Source: a virus
DNA: 64,000 nt
Reading direction: 5' to 3' (one strand)
IMG/VR virus record: IMGVR_UViG_3300023174_000068
Coordinates: 32,001-96,000 of that record
Made by a program: the position numbers and the translations under genes. Below are positions 57,785 through 64,000 of the stretch, one piece after another. Position 1 is the stretch's first letter. Each line of letters opens with the position of its first letter. The notes under the pieces were generated by a model that was not told where the DNA came from, did not search any database, and saw only the letters and a list, made by a program, of their open reading frames with translations.

Positions 57785-58482
57785 TATTTATTCTTGAGTT
57801 TTTTATCAAGTAGTTTCGCCAAATGGTCTCCAATAAAATAGTGCATGTTCTTTAATGTATCGGTCTCAAAAGTCACTATCTCATCCATAAATTTAAATTG
57901 GTATTTATAGGCATCAACTTCTTCTTCTTCACCTCGTTCTACTTTCCAAATAGTCAACTCTACATCGTAATTATTGTTGATGTTTATTTTAAAATCAAAA
58001 GTAGTTTTATCACACGGGGTAGTCTTAAACTTAGGTTGGTATTGGACTTCAAAAATAGAATAATCAGTAATTTTTGCCCTTCTCATATAGTAATTAAGAA
58101 ACATAGCAGGTGCTTCAACAAAGTCAGATAATATCTGTAGATCTTCACCAAAGTCTCGAGATTTAATTATATCCAACACTTTTTCTTTAAGATTTATTAG
58201 ATTTTTAAATTCAATTTTGTGATAGACGCAGTTAATGTCAAAAAGGTAAATAAAGTCATTTTCAATCAATAACTTTTTATCTATATCAACTTTAAATATA
58301 AACTTTGTATGTATGATAGAAACGTCTTCAGTTTCTAAGTCCTGTATAGAAACCACCATTTTGTAAAATTTCTGGTCTGAACTAATTTCATAAACTATAT
58401 CAACCGACGAGGCTCTAGCATCTTCGTCTTCTGAAAACATATCTCTGAAAACTTCCTGAACTTCACTAACTTTTAACTCCAT
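57784..58482 (-). CDS. Hypothetical protein
   Basis: 232-aa ORF coupled to its neighbours. Confidence 0.7.
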   Translation of the reverse strand: MELKVSEVQEVFRDMFSEDEDARASSVDIVYEISSDQKFYKMVVSIQDLETEDVSIIHTKFIFKVDIDKKLLIENDFIYLFDINCVYHKIEFKNLINLKEKVLDIIKSRDFGEDLQILSDFVEAPAMFLNYYMRRAKITDYSIFEVQYQPKFKTTPCDKTTFDFKININNNYDVELTIWKVERGEEEEVDAYKYQFKFMDEIVTFETDTLKNMHYFIGDHLAKLLDKKLKNK

Positions 58483-58486
58483 AATC

Positions 58487-59251
58487 TTATTTAAATTGAC
58501 TATCGTATAATTTTCTTTTAAGTTCCATAAAGCGGTCTATATAACCGTTTCTTCTTAGTAATTTAAAAATTAGATTACCAATTGAGAACTCACCACTTTC
58601 TGATTCAAGTCCGCTTTTTCTATAATCTTTGATTTTGTTCCAGACCTTTTTTATTCTATTTTCTAATTGACTGAATTCTTTGGTTTTCGAGTCTTCCTCA
58701 ATTTCATCAATTAACATCATTAGTACTTTGGACTTTTCTTTTATCATTCGTTCATTGGGTTTGAATTCAATTTTTTCAGGTATCTTTATCCATTTATTAT
58801 TTTTTAGTGAAAAAACACCACCCATTTTTCCATCTTCGATTTCTTGTAGCATAACATCAGAATCTTGAATAGCAATCTCAACATCATATCCCTTTATTTT
58901 AATCTGATGAAGTGTATTCCACATTTTTTTTGCCAAATCACATAAATTTTCTACTAATTCATATTCATCATCAACATCGATGAAGTCAATAATTATATGT
59001 AAATCAAAGTCAGAATATTTTTCGGACCAATTATAATTACAAAGAGAACCACAAAGCACAATATCTTTTATTTTGGCTTGTAGGTCGCATCCTTCATAAA
59101 AATCTTTTGCAATAGTTATTAATTGCTTTCTTACCTGGTTATCAATCTCGAAGTCGTTCCATAACTTAGGGTTAAGGTCGTCTTGTAACCTAAATGATTT
59201 AATTGGAACAAATGCTCCTCTTTTTAGCTCATTAATCTTACTTATTCGCAT
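58487..59251 (-). CDS. Pol-beta-superfamily nucleotidyltransferase
   Basis: GSLCNYNWSEKYSDFDLH (GS...DxD), DVEIAIQD and GEFSIGNLIFKLLRR. Confidence 0.8.
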   Translation of the reverse strand: MRISKINELKRGAFVPIKSFRLQDDLNPKLWNDFEIDNQVRKQLITIAKDFYEGCDLQAKIKDIVLCGSLCNYNWSEKYSDFDLHIIIDFIDVDDEYELVENLCDLAKKMWNTLHQIKIKGYDVEIAIQDSDVMLQEIEDGKMGGVFSLKNNKWIKIPEKIEFKPNERMIKEKSKVLMMLIDEIEEDSKTKEFSQLENRIKKVWNKIKDYRKSGLESESGEFSIGNLIFKLLRRNGYIDRFMELKRKLYDSQFK

Positions 59252-59285
59252 AGTTATATGGTATTTGTAAGATATATATTAAAAA

Positions 59286-60419
59286 TCAATATATGATTTT
59301 GTTAATCTGTTCTATAACCATATCAGAAGTAATGGCCTTTGTACATTCAAATTGCCTTTGTGTGCCTCTGTGAATTGGACACCAGTTCCAATCAGAAGCA
59401 TTTAGTCGGTGGCTATTAAAACATGAATTACAAACCGACTTATTTATCACTCGAAGGGTTTTATCGGTGGTTTCAGAGTAAGTGTCGCTAAATCCTGAAA
59501 TCAAAATGACTGGTAAATCACAAGCCCACGCTAACCAACTAAGTCCTGATCCAAGACCAATAAAAAATTGGCAAGTTTCTAAGTCAGATATCAATTGGTC
59601 CAAACTTTGAGCTGCGAATTTTTTTGCTCGTAGTGGTTGCTTATTTCCCATATAACCGTCTTCTTCTCGTGAGTAAATAACAACTTCATACCCTAAGGAA
59701 TTTAAGTAATCCACTACCTGTTGCCAACCGTCGGGGTTGTTCCAATATTTAGCCTGTGCGGTGGAATGAATTCCGATTCCTACTTTTTTAAGTTTCTGTG
59801 GACGTTTTAAATTTAAAACCGGTCTAATTTCTTGTGGATCTAAACCCAAAATATCAGACGCGGTTTGTTGAAGTGAAGTTTTTCTAAAATCTTTTGGATT
59901 TTTATTGAAGTCCGGTTCATCGCCGTCATAAAACCAACCAATTCTATACTGAGCATAAATATTATGAACAACTTCTCCAGGGTTGACAAATTCAATATCC
60001 GAGTAGTCTAATTTAAATAATTCGTTCAAAAATGTTGAAACCACCACCTGACAATTATGTTTTTTTCTAAACTCTTCGACATATGGAAACCAGGCTATTG
60101 TGTCTCCAAGTGATTTTGATTCCAGACTGATAAATATTTTTTTATCTGTTAGATCTTGTTTGTAACTCCAGACTACTTCACCAGATACATTCTCCAACTT
60201 AAGAGTCCATATCGTGAAGTATTTTTTATTGGCCTTAGCCCACATACCGTTTGATATTTTTGTTCTAAAAAGAAGAATATCACCACTGAACATGTTAATA
60301 AAATATTCCGAATCAGGAAAATTATTTATCTCGACAAAAGGACCATCTACAAAGTTTATATTTACAGACGGACTGGGAAGCCTTATTATGTCGTCTCTTT
60401 TTTGGATATTGTTATACAT
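59286..60419 (-). CDS. Aah/TibC-like protein O-heptosyltransferase
   Basis: SLGDTIAWFPY, STAQAKYWNNPDGW, FFIGLGSGLSWLAW, ISGFS, and the four-Cys iron finger CNSC...WCP...FEC. Confidence 0.88.
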   Translation of the reverse strand: MYNNIQKRDDIIRLPSPSVNINFVDGPFVEINNFPDSEYFINMFSGDILLFRTKISNGMWAKANKKYFTIWTLKLENVSGEVVWSYKQDLTDKKIFISLESKSLGDTIAWFPYVEEFRKKHNCQVVVSTFLNELFKLDYSDIEFVNPGEVVHNIYAQYRIGWFYDGDEPDFNKNPKDFRKTSLQQTASDILGLDPQEIRPVLNLKRPQKLKKVGIGIHSTAQAKYWNNPDGWQQVVDYLNSLGYEVVIYSREEDGYMGNKQPLRAKKFAAQSLDQLISDLETCQFFIGLGSGLSWLAWACDLPVILISGFSDTYSETTDKTLRVINKSVCNSCFNSHRLNASDWNWCPIHRGTQRQFECTKAITSDMVIEQINKIIY

Positions 60420-60434
60420 GAGTTATTTATTTTT

Positions 60435-61376
60435 TTAGATTCCTAATACGTTACAAATATTTGTAAGATTTTGATGTTGGTCTGTTGTTATTTGATTTGT
60501 TTGCTCCATAAGACTTTCACTATAAGTTGGTAATTGTTTTAGAAATATTGGTAATTTAAAACTTTGGGCTTCTTTAACCGAAATCGGATTTAACTCTAAA
60601 TTAGAGGGAAAATAAAATAAATCAGCCGCTTTATAAAAGTCATCGACATCATTTCTTTCGCCGTGTATAACGCAGTTCCCTGGTAATTGGTGCATCAACG
60701 GTCGCCAATATTCACTGAAGTTGACTGCTTGATTTCCAACAAAGTGAAACTGTATTGGTAATTCTTTAATCTGGGATAATCTTGCCAGTTCTATGAGTTC
60801 AGATTGATTTTTACCAGGAGTAAATAGACCAACGTTAAGCACATGTTTTATTTTAGGGTTAAAGTTGAGTTTTTCTTTGAAGGAATTTTTATCAAAATCT
60901 ATATGTTGTATTGGATATTCCCAAACTTCAGCGTCAATATCCTGAACTTCAGTCTTAAATTTTTTTAATGACCACTCCGATACTAATATGAATTTATCTG
61001 CTAAGTAGGTTAGTGTCTTAAAATCCGTTTGTGATGAGTGTGTGGTTACAACAATTTTCCAAGTTCTGTTTTGATCATATATTGAATTTAGTATGTCTCT
61101 ATTTATAAATGTCTCTGGTATCTCTTCGAAGTGGATTACATCAGGATTTATCAAGGATATAATGTTTAAAACATCAGATTTTTGACTACTTAGTGAGTAA
61201 AAATTTTGTTGTAATAAGTTTTTTATTCTATCTCTTTGAACAACATACTTACCTCCGGTGATATCAGTCCACTCAACCACAGAAAATTGTATATCTTTTA
61301 AAGTCTCTAATTTTTTTAGAAGATACTGAGGTTGGCCTCCAGTTGATAAATGCGGAGTAATAATTAAGACCTTCAT
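60435..61376 (-). CDS. GT4-family glycosyltransferase
   Basis: PHLSTGGQP, VGLFTPGKNQ and FPSNLELNPISVKEA. Confidence 0.85.
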   Translation of the reverse strand: MKVLIITPHLSTGGQPQYLLKKLETLKDIQFSVVEWTDITGGKYVVQRDRIKNLLQQNFYSLSSQKSDVLNIISLINPDVIHFEEIPETFINRDILNSIYDQNRTWKIVVTTHSSQTDFKTLTYLADKFILVSEWSLKKFKTEVQDIDAEVWEYPIQHIDFDKNSFKEKLNFNPKIKHVLNVGLFTPGKNQSELIELARLSQIKELPIQFHFVGNQAVNFSEYWRPLMHQLPGNCVIHGERNDVDDFYKAADLFYFPSNLELNPISVKEAQSFKLPIFLKQLPTYSESLMEQTNQITTDQHQNLTNICNVLGI

Positions 61377-61432
61377 TTTTTATCTCTTATACAAAAAAAC
61401 AAAGTTAGTGTTTAGTAAGAGATTGATTTTTT

Positions 61433-64000
61433 CTAAGACCAAATTTGAATGTAGCCAAGAAGCGCTGTGTAGTCGTTAGACGTTGTGCTATTCATTATCA
61501 ATTGGAAATCCCCACCGGTAAACGAAGTAACATCAATCGGAGTGGATGCATCAGATAACGCGTATCTGTAGTATGTACCATTATTTGCGCACCACCCTAT
61601 CGAATAGCAACAATAAGCGTTTCCCGCAGTTATAAAAATTTCCCCAAAAATTTCAGATGGATGTCCATTTGCTTGAGTACCCGTAGTTGTGGTGGTAGTA
61701 AGAGTATCTGTGCCAAATTTTGTTGTTATTGAGACAGTAGGATTATTATCAGCGGATCCCCATTTCCCAGTGACTCTAAAATGGATGATTTTAGCGTTGT
61801 AGTTGATACTATCAGTAAAGAATTGAAGTGGGAAGTTTCTTGTGCCAAAATTTGATAAACCACCCATTAAATCTTTTGAAACTCCAACAGTATAGTTAAT
61901 TATGTTTGTTCTAGAATACATCGTTCTCATAGCAACGGTATGCAAAGTATCGACATTGGGAGTTGAAGAATTTAAAGAAGCACTTGTTCCACTTGTTCCG
62001 TTGGTTCCAGAAGACCCCGAGGTTCCGCTTGTAGTACCTTGGAGTAGATAGGTTACTTGTGTAACTCGTAGTGAAGCAGATGGATTCTCTGGTCTTGCGG
62101 GACCAGATTGAGTTCCTGAAGTATATAAAACGAAGTTTATGTTTTGAGAGGACCAATATATCTCAAAGTAGTCATTTGAGTTGCACTGAACTAACCAATT
62201 AAGTGATGTTATATTCTGTTGGTTAGCATTCGAAACGGTTAATTCGGATCTGGACCAGGTAACACCGACTCCATTTTTTTCTAACCAGAATTCTATATTA
62301 CCTAAACCCGGTAGCAGTTTTGTAAGTTGTAACTCAAGTGTTAACTCGTAAGTTCCACCATTAGATATTAAAACTTGTGAGTTGTTTGAAATTGAGACAC
62401 CGTTTGAGAATTCTGTAGAGTTGAATGATATTGCGTTTGCAGCAGTAGCACCAGCATTACTTTGAACAGTGGTATCAAAGAAATGACCGTAATAAGCGTC
62501 TATTGGTACCCCAGATGTTCCCGAAGAACCCGATGTACCATTTACACCGGAAGTTCCAGAAGTTCCACTTATTCCCGATGTTCCGTTTCCAGAAGTTCCC
62601 GACGTGCCACTAATTCCAGAGGTTCCAGAAACGCCAGAGGTTCCTGATGTTCCATTTATTCCAGAAGTTCCAGAAACGCCAGAGGTTCCTGATGTTCCAT
62701 TTATTCCAGAAGTTCCAGAAACGCCAGAGGTTCCTGATGTTCCATTTATTCCAGAAGTTCCAGAAACGCCAGAGGTTCCTGATGTTCCATTTATTCCAGA
62801 AGTTCCCGACGAACCAGAAACGCCAGAGGACCCAGAGGTTCCACTTAGTCCTGATGTGCCGTTAATTCCAGAAGTTCCTGATGTGCCGTTAATTCCAGAA
62901 GTCCCAGACGAACCAGAAACACCCGAAGTTCCTGATGTTCCACTGATACCGGTGCCACCAGTTCCGATTAGCGCTATTTGAGAATCAACGTAGAATTTGG
63001 TTATTAAAGACTGTGAAACAAAAGTTCCCGTGTAATCCTGTGTATATTCTAAACCTCTCAGATTGCCAACTGTGATAGAGGCAGTTTGCGAGGATATCGA
63101 AAAATTGTTATTTGATGTTAAATCTAGACTATCAAAACTTATTAAATCAATAGAATCTCCGTATAAGTCTATATTTCCAGAGTTGGAGTCAACTAAAAAG
63201 ACACCACCATCTAATTGAACATCGACTACAGACCCAGACATTGATAGGTTAGAAAAGTCATTAATATTTAAGTCATATCCATTTGCATTTATTGTAGTAT
63301 TTTGGGATAAAGTGCCTCCTAAAATAATTCGTCCTGAATCAAGAGATAATCCATTATCTATGTCTATCCATTGAAAATCTCCCGACCCGTCGTTAGATAA
63401 CAGATAACCTGCTGTAGCACCTCCATTTAATCCGGTATTTAATTTAGAAGCAGTTAATGAACCGTCTATGACCTGTGCAGAAGCCGAAGGTCCAAAGATT
63501 GTATTAGATTGGGTAAATTGAATTGTAGCGGTGTTTGCAAATTGCGTGTTAGAAGGAGTTCCAGTAGTAAGTGAAATTAGAGCCAAGCTCCCAAAGTTAG
63601 AAAATGTCCCTCCACTCATAACTAAATTTCCATTAGCAATAACAACTTGTCCATAATTAACCAATGTTCCAACTATCTCTAAATCAGCGTAAACCCAATA
63701 CTGATAATGAGGTGGCACAACGATATAGTCAAAAGAATCTACATAGTATTTTACATTAAAAAGGTCTTCATTATTATAGGGTCTATTTAACTGAAAATAA
63801 GTCCCATCGTAAACCAAACTATAGACTACATTAGCAACGATATCATAAGGATTTAGTGAAACTAGTCCACTCTGAGAGGGTTTTTTTATAATAACTGGTC
63901 CTAAGTTATTAACATTCAAGGAAGCCGTCATTCCTACGTTTGTAGCAGAGAACTTTGTGAAAAAAAGAACATCCTTAGTGTAATTATCAAATAGCGGAGA
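61433..64000 (-). CDS. Tail fibre / virion protein with collagen-like G-X-S repeats (5' partial)
   Basis: Frame is open to base 64000. TASLNVNNLG fibre motif, ~50 Gly-X-Y triplets rich in Ser/Thr, then a C1q/BclA-like domain (GTYELTLELQ). Confidence 0.8.
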   Translation of the reverse strand, partial: SPLFDNYTKDVLFFTKFSATNVGMTASLNVNNLGPVIIKKPSQSGLVSLNPYDIVANVVYSLVYDGTYFQLNRPYNNEDLFNVKYYVDSFDYIVVPPHYQYWVYADLEIVGTLVNYGQVVIANGNLVMSGGTFSNFGSLALISLTTGTPSNTQFANTATIQFTQSNTIFGPSASAQVIDGSLTASKLNTGLNGGATAGYLLSNDGSGDFQWIDIDNGLSLDSGRIILGGTLSQNTTINANGYDLNINDFSNLSMSGSVVDVQLDGGVFLVDSNSGNIDLYGDSIDLISFDSLDLTSNNNFSISSQTASITVGNLRGLEYTQDYTGTFVSQSLITKFYVDSQIALIGTGGTGISGTSGTSGVSGSSGTSGINGTSGTSGINGTSGLSGTSGSSGVSGSSGTSGINGTSGTSGVSGTSGINGTSGTSGVSGTSGINGTSGTSGVSGTSGINGTSGTSGVSGTSGISGTSGTSGNGTSGISGTSGTSGVNGTSGSSGTSGVPIDAYYGHFFDTTVQSNAGATAANAISFNSTEFSNGVSISNNSQVLISNGGTYELTLELQLTKLLPGLGNIEFWLEKNGVGVTWSRSELTVSNANQQNITSLNWLVQCNSNDYFEIYWSSQNINFVLYTSGTQSGPARPENPSASLRVTQVTYLLQGTTSGTSGSSGTNGTSGTSASLNSSTPNVDTLHTVAMRTMYSRTNIINYTVGVSKDLMGGLSNFGTRNFPLQFFTDSINYNAKIIHFRVTGKWGSADNNPTVSITTKFGTDTLTTTTTTGTQANGHPSEIFGEIFITAGNAYCCYSIGWCANNGTYYRYALSDASTPIDVTSFTGGDFQLIMNSTTSNDYTALLGYIQIWS
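62505..62962 (-). repeat. Collagen-like (GTS/GVS/GIN)n repeat including four near-identical 45-bp units
   Basis: ACGCCAGAGG recurs at 62631, 62676, 62721 and 62766. Confidence 0.92.

Noticed and set aside
62462-62981. Plus-strand ORFs with PEVP or FQKFQ repeats
   Set aside because: They are antisense shadows of the collagen-like repeat.
1-64000. Stop-codon reassignment, as seen in some large phages
   Set aside because: Conserved genes are full length in code 11, coding density is high, and TAA, TAG and TGA all end genes.

Overview
AT-rich 64 kb slice of a large T4-like (jumbo-type) myophage genome in the standard genetic code. The host is probably Bacteroidota; this is an inference from the lack of Shine-Dalgarno motifs, a Q-rule signal peptide, the ClpS type and a Gly-initiated tmRNA tag. 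Structural genes lie scattered on both strands: tape measure, baseplate, tail tube, sheath, gp15, gp25, gp26/51, portal, a protease-scaffold fusion, major capsid, gp2 and gp4. The window also holds a gp47-like nuclease, a clamp loader, a late sigma factor and accessory genes (GlnII, Dam, NADAR, ClpS, NFACT-R, M28 peptidase, nucleotidyltransferase). Main highlight: the large terminase is fractured inside its Walker A motif (SRQVGK|T) by an atypically split intein. IntN is 55 aa and IntC is 146 aa, each with an extra amphipathic helix, and a free-standing homing endonuclease lies between them on the opposite strand. Other highlights: a phage tmRNA with a non-canonical T-loop and a 29-codon tag; an Aah/TibC-type O-heptosyltransferase plus a GT4 beside a Ser/Thr-rich collagen-like fibre; about a dozen proteins, including enzymes, with T4-like capsid-targeting leaders; a late sigma gene lacking a canonical start codon; and a palindromic AATATATA promoter-like motif. 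All family assignments come from motif recognition, not database searches.
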